A stretch of DNA of 31,264 nucleotides, from the NCBI GenBank assembly GCA_963991335.1, contig CAXDQP010000001.1, positions 1-31,264 on the forward strand, given 5' to 3'. Positions 1 through 9,419 of this stretch are shown here, piece by piece. The stretch comes from an uncultured Flavobacteriales bacterium. GTDB lineage: Bacteria > Bacteroidota > Bacteroidia > Flavobacteriales_D > Sanyastnellaceae. The position numbers were made by a program, and so were the translations under genes. Within the stretch, counting starts at the first letter, position 1; every line of letters begins with the position of its first letter. The notes beneath the pieces were generated by a model. That model worked only from the letters and a program-made list of their open reading frames with translations, made no database searches and was not told the DNA's origin.

Positions 1-1
1 A

Positions 2-454
2 AGTGAAGATTGGTTCGAAGAAGCGATGGCTTCATTGCCTGCAATCGGAGACGAGGCACCGGCATTGGCAGGATTGGATTTGGAGGGTGAACCGGTGAGC
101 CTGGAGGCGTTGAACGGACAACTCGTCTACGTCGATTTCTGGTACATCGGATGCGGGCCGTGCATGAGTGCGTTGCCACACCTTGCAGGAATGCAAGAGG
201 AATTCGGTCCCGAAGGATTCACCGTGATGGGTGTAAACCACCACCAAAAAGCGCAGACAGTGAAGCGATACCTCGACCGCCGCGAATTGGATGTGCCACA
301 GATGATGCTCGACTCATTGCCCACAGAGTATGCCGTAGTCGCCTATCCAACTTGGTGTTTGGTGGGGCGCGATGGGCGCATCATTGACCGCAATATTGGG
401 TATGGACCCGACTCGGGAGCATTCCTAGACTCCCTTGTAACCGCGAATTTGTAA
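2..454 (+). CDS. TlpA/ResA-family thioredoxin-like disulfide reductase, 5'-truncated by the window edge
   Basis: Protein has VYVDFWYIGCGPC (CxxC) followed by a YPTW cis-Pro loop and a GRDGRII motif. The frame is open upstream of ATG26 back to position 2 (SEDWFEEA), so the true start probably lies outside the window. Confidence 0.85.
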   Translation, partial: SEDWFEEAMASLPAIGDEAPALAGLDLEGEPVSLEALNGQLVYVDFWYIGCGPCMSALPHLAGMQEEFGPEGFTVMGVNHHQKAQTVKRYLDRRELDVPQMMLDSLPTEYAVVAYPTWCLVGRDGRIIDRNIGYGPDSGAFLDSLVTANL

Positions 455-470
455 AAGACGCGCAGCGGGC

Positions 471-1760
471 TTAACCGGCCATCATCGCCTCGATCTCGTC
501 GGCTTCAAGTGGGATGTGGCCCATCAAATCGACGAAGCCATCCTCGGTGATGAGGATGTCGTTTTCGAGGCGAATTCCAAGGTTTTCTTCCCGGATATAA
601 ATGCCCGGCTCAACCGTGAAGACATGTCCAGCTTGAATCGGTTCATGCCAGTGCCCGACATCGTGAACGTCGAGTCCAATGAAGTGTGACGTGCCGTGCA
701 TAAAATACTTTTTGTAAGCAGGCCATGCGGGGTTTTCGTTCGCAACGTCTTCGGCCGTGATGAGTCCGAGATCGAGCAATTCCTGGGTCATCAGTTCGCC
801 GACTTGGATGTGGTATTCGTGCAAACTCACACCTGGGCGCAATAGCTTCATTGCCCCGCGCATCACACGCAAAACGGCATTGTAAACTGCGCGCTGACGG
901 TCGGTGAATTTGCCGCTCACGGGGACACATCGCGTCATATCGGCCGCGTAATTGCCGTATTCCGCCCCCACGTCCATCAAGATGACATCACCAGCCTTGC
1001 ATTCGTCGCTGTTTTCGATGTAGTGCAAGACGCACGCGTTGAATCCACTGCCAATGATGGGTGTGTAGGCGAATCCACGTGAACCGCGTCGTAAGAATTC
1101 GTGCATGAATTCCGCCTCAATCTCGTACTCCATGACCCCCGGTTTCACGAATTGCAAGACGCGCTCAAATCCCGCTTTGGTGATGTCGCAGGCACGCTGC
1201 ATCTGTTCCACCTCTTCCTGCGACTTGATCGCCCGCAAGCTGAATAAAATGGGAGCCGAGCGTTCGATTTCGTAATTCGGGTACTTCTCACGCAGAGCGG
1301 CGTTCTCTCGGGCGGTGCGCGTCTCCACCGTAATCTTGGCGCGAGCATGCGGGTTGTCATTCAAGTACAACGCATCAGCCTCAGCCATAAGCCGATGAAA
1401 CGTGCGCTCAAACCCGGGAGTCCACTGAATATTCGAAATTCCCGTGGCCTCTGTCGCTTGCTTTTTGTTCAATTTCGCGCCTTCCCAAATGGCCAACTCC
1501 TCATTCGTCTCAGTGCTGAACAAAATCTCGCGATCTGCAGGATTGTGGGCGTCTGGGAAGAGCACCAAAACCGTATTCTCTTGGTCCACACCCGTCAACC
1601 ACAAAATATCGCTCGCTTGCTTGAATGGTAAAGTACCATCTGCACTTGTGGGGTAAATATCGTTCGAGAAGAAAACCGCAATGCTCCGGGGCTTCATTTG
1701 CGCCATGAAGTTTGCGCGGTTGCGCTTGTAGAGATCAGAAGAAAGAGATTGGTATCGCAT
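471..1760 (-). CDS. pepP: Xaa-Pro aminopeptidase (M24B, aminopeptidase P)
   Basis: 429 aa with metal-ligand motifs MDVGAEYGNYAADMTR, HGTSHFIGLDVHD, TVEPGIY and RLENDI. Confidence 0.93.
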   Translation of the reverse strand: MRYQSLSSDLYKRNRANFMAQMKPRSIAVFFSNDIYPTSADGTLPFKQASDILWLTGVDQENTVLVLFPDAHNPADREILFSTETNEELAIWEGAKLNKKQATEATGISNIQWTPGFERTFHRLMAEADALYLNDNPHARAKITVETRTARENAALREKYPNYEIERSAPILFSLRAIKSQEEVEQMQRACDITKAGFERVLQFVKPGVMEYEIEAEFMHEFLRRGSRGFAYTPIIGSGFNACVLHYIENSDECKAGDVILMDVGAEYGNYAADMTRCVPVSGKFTDRQRAVYNAVLRVMRGAMKLLRPGVSLHEYHIQVGELMTQELLDLGLITAEDVANENPAWPAYKKYFMHGTSHFIGLDVHDVGHWHEPIQAGHVFTVEPGIYIREENLGIRLENDILITEDGFVDLMGHIPLEADEIEAMMAG

Positions 1761-1764
1761 GTCG

Positions 1765-1772
1765 CGAAGATA
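1765..1772 (-). promoter_or_regulatory. Bacteroidota -7 promoter element (TATCTTCG) for pepP
   Basis: One mismatch to TAnnTTTG (C for the last T), 4 nt upstream of the pepP ATG. Confidence 0.55.
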
Positions 1773-1981
1773 CCAAACTCATGCCCTCAACGCACGAAGG
1801 TGTGTTCGCTGTCAATCCTCGGGAACGAGGTGCGGAACCGTAACCAACCGATAACTCGGATTCAATGTTGGTGTCCCTGAAGTCGCTGGCTCTGGGGTGA
1901 AAACACACATTTCTGCCTACAAAACCCAATTCTCTTGCGAGTCCATTCCAATTGAAATTCGGCCAAACGCCAAAACCGAAC

Positions 1982-1989
1982 CATATTTG
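1982..1989 (+). promoter_or_regulatory. Possible -7 element (CATATTTG) for the ridA-DUF3108-tdo-M23 cluster
   Basis: One mismatch to TAnnTTTG, 21 nt upstream of ATG2011. Confidence 0.4.
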
Positions 1990-2010
1990 CGTCCATCAAT
2001 CGGTGAAAAC

Positions 2011-2427
2011 ATGAAGCAAGGACCCAAGCCTGTTGGCAATTATCCCCACACGAAATCAGTGGGCAATCTTTTGTTTTTGAGCGGAGTAGGGCCTCGTCTT
2101 GCGGGCAGCGACGCAAATGATAGCGGTGTGCCCGGTCTCGAATTGGACCACAATGGCAATTTCAAGGCCTTTGATTTCGCCGCGCAAGTGCACAGTGTTC
2201 TCGGCAATGTCAAAGCCATTCTCGAAGCCAACGGAAGCCAGTGGGAAAACCTCGTGGACATCACCGTTTTTCTGGTGGACATGCACCGGGACTTTGGCAC
2301 ATTCAATCGCATTTATGCCGAGTACTTCCCGGACCCTGAGACACAACCGTGCCGAACAACCGTTGAAATCAATCGACTTCCCACCCCCATTGCCATTGAG
2401 CTGAAATGCATGGCAGTGCTCGATTGA
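2011..2427 (+). CDS. RidA/YjgF-family protein, 2-aminomuconate deaminase-like
   Basis: PKPVGNYPH..VGNLLFLSG at the N-terminus and QPCRTTVEINRLPTPIAIELK at the C-terminus (conserved Arg and Glu). ATG2011 is preferred over the ORF-track start at 1897 because family similarity begins there and it lies downstream of the candidate promoter. Confidence 0.85.
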   Translation: MKQGPKPVGNYPHTKSVGNLLFLSGVGPRLAGSDANDSGVPGLELDHNGNFKAFDFAAQVHSVLGNVKAILEANGSQWENLVDITVFLVDMHRDFGTFNRIYAEYFPDPETQPCRTTVEINRLPTPIAIELKCMAVLD

Positions 2428-2473
2428 AAGCTGCACGTCAAAAACCTTGGCTCAATCCTTGTTATTCAAGAAC

Positions 2474-3277
2474 ATGATCAGGCCGATGCTCTTTCTTTTC
2501 TTCATGTCTGCAAGCCTTTTCAGCTTCAGTCAAGGCGATTCTACTTCCACAACCACCATGCGTCCACTGGCTTTTGCGCCAGGGGAGCAATTGACCTACC
2601 GGTTCCATTACGGTTTGTTGGACGCTGCGGAAGCGACAATCGCGGTGAAAGGCTCCAATAAGCGCCCAGGCTGGACGATTGACGCCAAGGGCAAAAGCAC
2701 CGGCGCATTCAGTTGGTTTTTCAAGGTGGATGACCATTACCAGTCACACATCGACCCCGAATCGGGGTTTCCTATTCACTTTCAACGGGACATCAAAGAA
2801 GGAGGGTATGAACTGCACCAAGACTATCAATTTGATCAGGTCAATTTTCAAGTGAAGGCCATTGCCTTTAAAGGGAATAACGCACCGAAACAAACCCAAC
2901 ACAACCTGAATCAGCCCGTTTATGACATGGTGAGCGGAATTTATGCGCTTCGGGGGATTGCATTCGATACTCTTATTGAAGGCGATACGGTTTCGGTGCC
3001 CTTATTCATGGATGAGGAGTGGTTTCAGCTCAAGGCGGTGTATGCGGGCAACAAAAACATCAAGTGGAAAGGAGAAAAATGGAACTGCGCGCTGATCCAT
3101 CCGGTGATTCAAACGGGACGGATTTGGAAAAACCCAGATGACCTCGCGGTATACATCACCAACGACGCAAACCGAATCCCCCTCCTCGCAGAAACCCGCA
3201 TCTTGTTCGGTTCCATCAAGATGGAACTGACCAACGCTTCAGGGTTGAGAAGTCCCTTGGGTTTTGTGCCAAACTGA
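2474..3277 (+). CDS. DUF3108-family exported protein
   Basis: Hydrophobic signal peptide, then FAPGEQLTYRFHYG...FFKVDDHYQS and ITNDANRIPLLAETRILFGSIKMEL, which I recognise as Bacteroidota DUF3108. The start could instead be TTG2447. Confidence 0.75.
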   Translation: MIRPMLFLFFMSASLFSFSQGDSTSTTTMRPLAFAPGEQLTYRFHYGLLDAAEATIAVKGSNKRPGWTIDAKGKSTGAFSWFFKVDDHYQSHIDPESGFPIHFQRDIKEGGYELHQDYQFDQVNFQVKAIAFKGNNAPKQTQHNLNQPVYDMVSGIYALRGIAFDTLIEGDTVSVPLFMDEEWFQLKAVYAGNKNIKWKGEKWNCALIHPVIQTGRIWKNPDDLAVYITNDANRIPLLAETRILFGSIKMELTNASGLRSPLGFVPN

Positions 3278-3301
3278 GCAGAATTTCCCGAATTTGCCTG
3301 C

Positions 3302-4273
3302 ATGCCTGATCCCCCCCCTTTCGACAAGTCCATCTTAGAGAAGCTAGAAGCATTGCAAGCAAAATACGCTGCCATGGGGCAGGATTTGAACTCCTACCTC
3401 GACGGCCTGCTGCACGCTGATTATCTGACGTATTGGGACTACATCAACCTGGACACCCTGCTGAGTTTGCAGCATCCAATCACACCTTTTCCGGATGAAG
3501 AAATCTTCATCATTTATCACCAAATCACGGAGCTATATTTCAAATTGTCGCTTCATGAGTTCCAGCAACTTCAGCATCAGGAAGGGATGGATTCTACCGT
3601 GATGCTCAAACGAGTGAACCGAGTGAATCGGTACTTCGAAGCGTTAACGCACAGCTTTGAAATTATGGTTGACGGCATGGACAAGGACCAATTTCTGAAA
3701 TTCCGAATGTCGTTGCTCCCGGCCAGCGGATTCCAAAGCGCCCAATACCGGATGATCGAAATCCACTCCACGAGTTTTGATCGATTGCTCAAAGAGGAAT
3801 TCCGCGAGGCACACGCCAATCACACACCCGGCGACCTCGTTGACCTTTTTGACAAGATCTACTGGAAAGCCGGGGCTGTTGAATTGGCTTCCGGTGACAA
3901 GACGTTGACATTGCGTCAGTTTGAGCAGAAATACGATGACACGCTCATGGAACTGGCCGAAAATTGTTTCGAAGGCAACCTTCGGTCCTTTTGGAACAAC
4001 CTCGGTCCGGGGCAACAAACAGACGAATTGCGCCTCGCCTTGCGTTGGTTGGATGTGAACGTGAACATCAACTGGCCTTTGAGCCACTACAAAAGCGCCG
4101 TTCGGTACTTGCAGAAGAACCCCGAAGACATCGCAGCAACCGGCGGAACCAATTGGCAGAAATACCTGCCGCCCCGCTTCCAAAAACGCATTTTCTATCC
4201 CGAGCTTTGGAGCGAACAAGAACAAGCCGACTGGGGCAAGGGCTGGGTGGAAAAAGAAGTGTTTGGCCGGTGA
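3302..4273 (+). CDS. kynA: Tryptophan 2,3-dioxygenase family protein
   Basis: YWDYINLDTLLSLQ, DEEIFIIYHQITELYFKL and PASGFQSAQYRMIE are TDO motifs. Confidence 0.9.
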   Translation: MPDPPPFDKSILEKLEALQAKYAAMGQDLNSYLDGLLHADYLTYWDYINLDTLLSLQHPITPFPDEEIFIIYHQITELYFKLSLHEFQQLQHQEGMDSTVMLKRVNRVNRYFEALTHSFEIMVDGMDKDQFLKFRMSLLPASGFQSAQYRMIEIHSTSFDRLLKEEFREAHANHTPGDLVDLFDKIYWKAGAVELASGDKTLTLRQFEQKYDDTLMELAENCFEGNLRSFWNNLGPGQQTDELRLALRWLDVNVNINWPLSHYKSAVRYLQKNPEDIAATGGTNWQKYLPPRFQKRIFYPELWSEQEQADWGKGWVEKEVFGR

Positions 4274-5508
4274 TGATTGCACGGCTTTTTACCTGTCAAA
4301 TTCTTGGTTGCGCTGCAATCCTCTTCGCGTTGGGTTGCGGAAATGCCGCCAACCCAAAAGCGGAAAATACCGAGATTCAGGCTCCTGCTGTTGAGCCGTT
4401 GGTGCGTTTTGGACTACTGTGGGAAGCCTTCGAAGTCGATTCCGGGGTCGTCGCATCAGGGCAGTCCCTGTCACACATTTTACTTCCTGCTGGAATGAGC
4501 CCAGGACAAATCACACTGCTCGCCAAAGCGACAGAGGATGAATATGACGTCCGCAACATGCGCAGTGGAAAACCATGGTGGATTGCCTACGACCGCGACT
4601 CGACGGCAAAAGCATCCCATTTTATCTACCAACGAAACGCCCGAGAATACGCTCGATTCGACCTGCAAAAGCCCTATGCGGTCACGTTGGAAAGCCTCCC
4701 CGCCGACACCTAGATTCACAGGACCATTGGCACCATTGAAAATTCGTTGTATGTTGATCTTGAACGGCTCGGTGCTACTACTCTCCTCGCACTCGCCATG
4801 GCCAATGTTTATGCTTGGACCGTTGATTTTTCGCGGCTGCAAGAAGGCGACGGTTTCGACGTGATGTATGAACGCACCTACGTCAACGGCGAACCCATGG
4901 GAATGCCACGGGTCATTGCCTGCCATTTTCAACACCGCGGCCGGGAACTGCCCGCCTTCCGATACGACCAAGGCGAGGGGTACGATTATTTCGATGCTTC
5001 AGGACAAAGTCTGCGCAAGGCATTTTTAAAAGCGCCGGTGGAATTCAGCCGCATCAGCAGCCGTTACAACCTCAAACGTTTTCATCCAATTCTACAGAAA
5101 ACCAAGGCCCATTACGGCACGGATTACGCCGCGCCACAGGGAACCCCCATCATTTCCGTGGGAGATGGAGTAGTGAGCAAATCAAGCTACACCAAAGGCA
5201 ATGGCAAGTATGTCAAAATTCGCCACAACAACACCTACGAAACGCAGTACTTGCACATGTCTCGACGCGCAGTAGCGGCAGGTGAAAGGGTCAAGCAGGG
5301 TCAGGTCATTGGTTATGTTGGCTCGACGGGACTCGCCACCGGACCCCATGTTTGTTTTCGATTCTGGAAAAATGGAAAGCAGGTGGATCATTTGCGGGAA
5401 GAATTCCCTCCGTCCACGCCCATCAAAGACGATCAGATGGATGCTTTTCAAGCCGCGATTCAAGAAATCAATGAAGCCATAACAGGATTGTCGAGCGTAG
5501 CAAAATAA
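4273..5508 (+). pseudogene. M23-family peptidoglycan DD-metalloendopeptidase lipoprotein interrupted by one in-frame TAG (4711-4713); apparent pseudogene, sequence error or readthrough
   Basis: ATG4273 overlaps the tdo stop (TGATG) and is followed by a lipobox (FALGC). The ORF-track pieces 3964..4713 and 4747..5508 are in the same frame and separated only by TAG, with sense codons continuing (DT*IHRTIGTIENSLY). C-terminal M23 motifs: HYGTDYAAP, QYLHM, GSTGLATGPH. Confidence 0.85.
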
Positions 5509-5665
5509 TGCGGCTTCGCACCAATTCATTGGATTGCATTGCAACCCTATCGCCGTTTTTGATGTCTAATCAATAAGCCTTCCTGGCTTGAGCAGCATCA
5601 ATTCTGAAAAATTTGTGACAACCTGCAAGAACGCACAACTTGACTGGAGTTTGGTGCTGCTTTTC

Positions 5666-6091
5666 TTACTTCGCTTGAAACGCCACGCCATAACGTTTCA
5701 TTTGCTGCACCATGGAATGCAGGCCGTTTGCCCGGGTAGGGCTCAGGTGCTTATCCAATCCGATTTTTTCGATGAACCACAAGTCAGATTCCGCGATTTC
5801 CTTAGGCGGTAGCCCGTCCAAAACGCGCACCATCAAGGCGACCAGTCCTTTGGTAATGATCGCATCACTGTCCGCATAAAACCGCACGTTTCGATCTTCA
5901 TTCTTATCCGCTACCAGCCACACACGGGACTGACAACCTCGAATCAGATGCTCGTCCAATCGATGCTCATCCGGCAGGGCGTCCAATTCTTTGCCCATTT
6001 CAATGAGCTGCTCGTACTTCTCCATCCAGTCCTCATAAAACGAGAATTCCTCTACAATCTCTTCCTGCCTGATTTGAAGTAAGTTGCTCAT
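5666..6091 (-). CDS. sufE: Fe-S cluster assembly sulfur acceptor SufE
   Basis: DWMEKYEQLIEMGKEL, IRGCQSRVWL (catalytic Cys) and LSPTRANGL. Confidence 0.93.
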   Translation of the reverse strand: MSNLLQIRQEEIVEEFSFYEDWMEKYEQLIEMGKELDALPDEHRLDEHLIRGCQSRVWLVADKNEDRNVRFYADSDAIITKGLVALMVRVLDGLPPKEIAESDLWFIEKIGLDKHLSPTRANGLHSMVQQMKRYGVAFQAK

Positions 6092-6115
6092 GAAACCGAT
6101 GGTGATAAGTATGAC

Positions 6116-7345
6116 TCAGCGCAGCATTTTGAGGGCGCGTTCCACGCCTTGGACCAATGCGTCCACTTCTTGCAAGGTATTGTACGCTCCGAATGAAGCA
6201 CGGACGGTGCCCGGAATGTCAAAATGATCCATGATGGGCTGGGTGCAATGGTGTCCTGTTCGAACAGCAATGCCTTGTTGGTCGAGCAAGGTCCCCAAAT
6301 CATACGGATGCACGCCTTCCACGATGAAGCTTACAGCACCTGAACTCAGTGGCGCTGATCCAATGAAACGCATTCCATCTATTTTTCCTAGCTGATGACG
6401 GGCTTGAGCGGACAAAATGGTTTCGTGCTCCATCACATTTTTCAGGCCCACTCCGGTCAACCATTGCAAGGCAACCCCCAGCGCAATGGCTCCGCTGATG
6501 TGCGGTGTGCCCGCCTCAAACTTATGGGGCAATCCCGCGTAAGTCGTGCCGTTTTCCAAACTGACCACATCGATCATTTCGCCCCCTCCACGCCATGGAT
6601 TCATGGCCTCCAAAATTGCCTTCCGGCCATACAACACTCCAATGCCGGTGGGGCCGTAAGCTTTGTGACCGGAAAAAACATAAAAGTCACAATCCAAATC
6701 GACCACATCCACCATCATGTGGGGAAGGGCTTGAGAGCCATCGATCAAAACCGTCGCTCCTTCTGCTTTGGCCATCCGAGTGAGGCGTTTGGCATCATTG
6801 ATGGTCCCCAGTGTATTGGAAACATGCATGAACGCGACCATCTTTGGACCAAGTTTCATTTTTTTTTGAAAGTCGGCCTCATCCAGTGTTCCGTCCTCCA
6901 AAATCGCAACGGCTTCCACCCGGGCTCCCTTTTCCGTGGCCAACATTTGCCACGGCACAATGTTCGCGTGGTGCTCCATGTAGGTGATCAAAATAACGTC
7001 ACCCTCACCTATGTGTTCGCGGCCCCACGATTGCGCCACCAAATTGATGCCATCTGTGGCACCAGCGACCCAAATAATTTCCTCCAAATTCGCCGCACCG
7101 ATGTGGTACTGTACCGTTGAACGCGCGCGTTCAAACGCATCTGTGGCTTGTTGCGAAAGTGCATGCACTCCTCGGTGCACATTGGCGTGGTAATGCATCA
7201 AATACTCCCGCTGGGCCTCGATGACTGCAATGGGTTTTTGAGCGGACGCCGCGTGGTCCAGATAAACCAGCGGTTTGCCGTGTACCTCGCGCTCTAGAAT
7301 CGGGAATTGTGCGCGGATCGCGGTCGTATCCAATGCGCTGCTCAT
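6116..7345 (-). CDS. sufS: Cysteine desulfurase SufS (group II)
   Basis: LVYLDHAASAQKP, PLP-lysine motif FSGHKAYGPTG and RTGHHCTQP. Confidence 0.95.
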   Translation of the reverse strand: MSSALDTTAIRAQFPILEREVHGKPLVYLDHAASAQKPIAVIEAQREYLMHYHANVHRGVHALSQQATDAFERARSTVQYHIGAANLEEIIWVAGATDGINLVAQSWGREHIGEGDVILITYMEHHANIVPWQMLATEKGARVEAVAILEDGTLDEADFQKKMKLGPKMVAFMHVSNTLGTINDAKRLTRMAKAEGATVLIDGSQALPHMMVDVVDLDCDFYVFSGHKAYGPTGIGVLYGRKAILEAMNPWRGGGEMIDVVSLENGTTYAGLPHKFEAGTPHISGAIALGVALQWLTGVGLKNVMEHETILSAQARHQLGKIDGMRFIGSAPLSSGAVSFIVEGVHPYDLGTLLDQQGIAVRTGHHCTQPIMDHFDIPGTVRASFGAYNTLQEVDALVQGVERALKMLR

Positions 7346-8670
7346 GCGGATTCCAAGGTGTCATTCCAGGTGTCCCAACCGTGCTTGATCGCCAACCGGT
7401 GTTCCACTTCCATTCGGACTTCAGCGACTGCGAATCCTTCCAACACATCCCCAATGAAGGCGCGCACCAACATGGCTTTCGCTTCTTTCTCTCCAATCCC
7501 GCGCGACCGCGCATAAAACAATGCTTCTTCATCGAATTGGCCGATGGTACAGCCGTGGCTGCATTTCACATCGTCCGCATAGATTTCCAATTCAGGCTTG
7601 GCGTTGATCGTGGCCTTATCGGTCACGAGAATGTTTCCGTTTTGCTGATAGGCTTTGGTCTGTTGGGCGTGGGGCCGGACAAACACTTTGCCATTGAAAA
7701 CGCCAGAGCTCGTGCCGTACAGAATGCCCTGGTATTGCTCAGAGCTGTTGCAATGTGCGGCGCGGTGGTCTACCGTGGTATGATTGTCCACGAACTCCTT
7801 CCCCTTGGGGAGGAAAAAGCCATTCAACACCGTCTCGCAGCCTTCACCATTCAATCGAAAATTCAAATCGTTTCTCACCCAATTGCCTTGGATGGTGCCC
7901 GTGTGCACGCGCACCTGACTCGATTGGGCTTGATTGATTTGCTCGAATGCCAAATGCTGCAAGGAACCCGCTTCGTCTTGCACCTTATCCAAGGCTACCA
8001 CCGCTCCGCTCTCAATCACCATGTGGGTCATGATATTCACCATGCCCGTTGACGAATCGCTCGCCGTGCTCCAGTGGATGAGCTCCACTTGTGCATTGGC
8101 TTCGACGTGGATGTCGTGGCGCAAAAAGTTCGCGTTGTTTTCACCTGATGTGTGATGATGCACCAACAAAGGACGATCAAGAATCACGCCTTTCGCTACG
8201 TGCAGTTTCATCCCTTCTGTCGCAAACGCTTGGTTCAACGCGGCAAACCAATCCATTGACTCCAAGTGCCCTGAAACATCCGTACCTGAATCGCTCATTG
8301 AAATCGGCTCACAGCGCACACCACTATGCACAGGCAAATCACTTGCCTTCGCATCAAATGTGCCGTTCACAAATACAATTCGGTAAGCGTGCAAACCCGG
8401 CACCGGACAAGCCTCAACACCAGCCGCCTCAATCGTTTGGACCGAGGGCGCCTCGGGCGTGGACCAAAAACCCGTTACCGGGGTATGCTTCCATCGCTCC
8501 ACGCGACGGTGCGGCACCGGCAAAGCGTCCAATTGCTCAGAGGCCAATCCCGTTCCCGTTCGCTGCGCTGCAAGCGCTGCACGCAACGCTTCCCCTTTGG
8601 CCTGTGTGGCCGCGTGCACGTTAGGGGCGCGCTTCAAATCCATTACGATGGGTTCTGCCGTTCCGGTCAT
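7342..8670 (-). CDS. sufD: Fe-S cluster assembly protein SufD
   Basis: [34 protein letters not shown] and LFYARSRGI; lies between sufC and sufS. Confidence 0.92.
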   Translation of the reverse strand: MTGTAEPIVMDLKRAPNVHAATQAKGEALRAALAAQRTGTGLASEQLDALPVPHRRVERWKHTPVTGFWSTPEAPSVQTIEAAGVEACPVPGLHAYRIVFVNGTFDAKASDLPVHSGVRCEPISMSDSGTDVSGHLESMDWFAALNQAFATEGMKLHVAKGVILDRPLLVHHHTSGENNANFLRHDIHVEANAQVELIHWSTASDSSTGMVNIMTHMVIESGAVVALDKVQDEAGSLQHLAFEQINQAQSSQVRVHTGTIQGNWVRNDLNFRLNGEGCETVLNGFFLPKGKEFVDNHTTVDHRAAHCNSSEQYQGILYGTSSGVFNGKVFVRPHAQQTKAYQQNGNILVTDKATINAKPELEIYADDVKCSHGCTIGQFDEEALFYARSRGIGEKEAKAMLVRAFIGDVLEGFAVAEVRMEVEHRLAIKHGWDTWNDTLESA

Positions 8671-9419
8671 GCGATCACGTCTTCTTTGATCCAGTCGTAG
8701 CCCTTCTCTTCCAACTTCAACGCCAAATCCTTGTCTCCTGACAATACGATTTTCCCGTCCACGAGCACGTGCACAAAGTCAGGGACGATATAATCCAACA
8801 AACGCTGGTAATGCGTGATGACTAGGAAACTGCGGTCAGGCGAACGCATCGCATTCACGCCGTTGGCAACAATGCGCAATGCATCGATGTCCAGACCTGA
8901 ATCCGTTTCATCCAACACGGCAAACCGCGGCTCGAGCATCGCCATTTGAAAAATCTCATTGCGTTTCTTTTCTCCGCCTGAAAACCCTTCATTTACCGAG
9001 CGGTTGCGCAAGCGCCCGTCAAGCTCTACCAAAGAAGCTTTCTCCTTGACGAGGCTGAGGAAATCCTTCCCTTTGATGGGCTCCAGCCCCTCGTGTTCGC
9101 GCTTGCCATTGACAGCCGCACGCATGAAGTTGATGTTGGAAACCCCCGGGATTTCGACAGGGTACTGAAAGGCGAGGAATAGGCCTGAACGCGCTCGCTC
9201 GGTGGCGTCCATTTCGAGAAGGTCCTGGCCCTCGAAGTCAACGGCACCTCCGGTGACTTCATAGTCTTCGCGTCCGGCCAACACGGATGCCAACGTAGAC
9301 TTTCCCGAACCATTGGGCCCCATGATGGCATGGACTTCGCCCGGCTTGATTTCGAGGTTGAGGCCTTTTAAAATCGGAGTCTCCCCGATTGAGGCTTGGA
9401 GTTCTTTGATGTTTACCAT
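8667..9419 (-). CDS. sufC: Fe-S cluster assembly ATPase SufC
   Basis: Walker [36 protein letters not shown] and [13 protein letters not shown]. Confidence 0.96.
   Translation of the reverse strand: MVNIKELQASIGETPILKGLNLEIKPGEVHAIMGPNGSGKSTLASVLAGREDYEVTGGAVDFEGQDLLEMDATERARSGLFLAFQYPVEIPGVSNINFMRAAVNGKREHEGLEPIKGKDFLSLVKEKASLVELDGRLRNRSVNEGFSGGEKKRNEIFQMAMLEPRFAVLDETDSGLDIDALRIVANGVNAMRSPDRSFLVITHYQRLLDYIVPDFVHVLVDGKIVLSGDKDLALKLEEKGYDWIKEDVIA

Noticed and set aside
1897-2010. 38-codon N-terminal extension of the RidA ORF
   Set aside because: It has no family resemblance and runs across the candidate -7 box; ATG2011 is the better start.
3964-4272. ORF-track N-terminal part of the 249-aa ORF 3964..4713
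   Set aside because: This is an alternative frame inside tdo; the real gene starts at ATG4273 with a lipoprotein signal.
5509-5544. Three consecutive short inverted repeats after the M23 stop (TGCG/CGCA, CCAAT/ATTGG, TTGCA/TGCAA) and a 22-codon ORF starting at 5508
   Set aside because: The stems are 4-5 bp with 1-2 nt loops in two cases, and the T-run is not adjacent. This is not a convincing terminator, repeat or peptide gene.
6395-8052. Long antisense ORFs (241 aa and 247 aa) opposite sufS/sufD, plus similar shadow ORFs opposite other genes
   Set aside because: They show no motifs and lie fully opposite conserved genes, as expected from codon bias on the coding strand.
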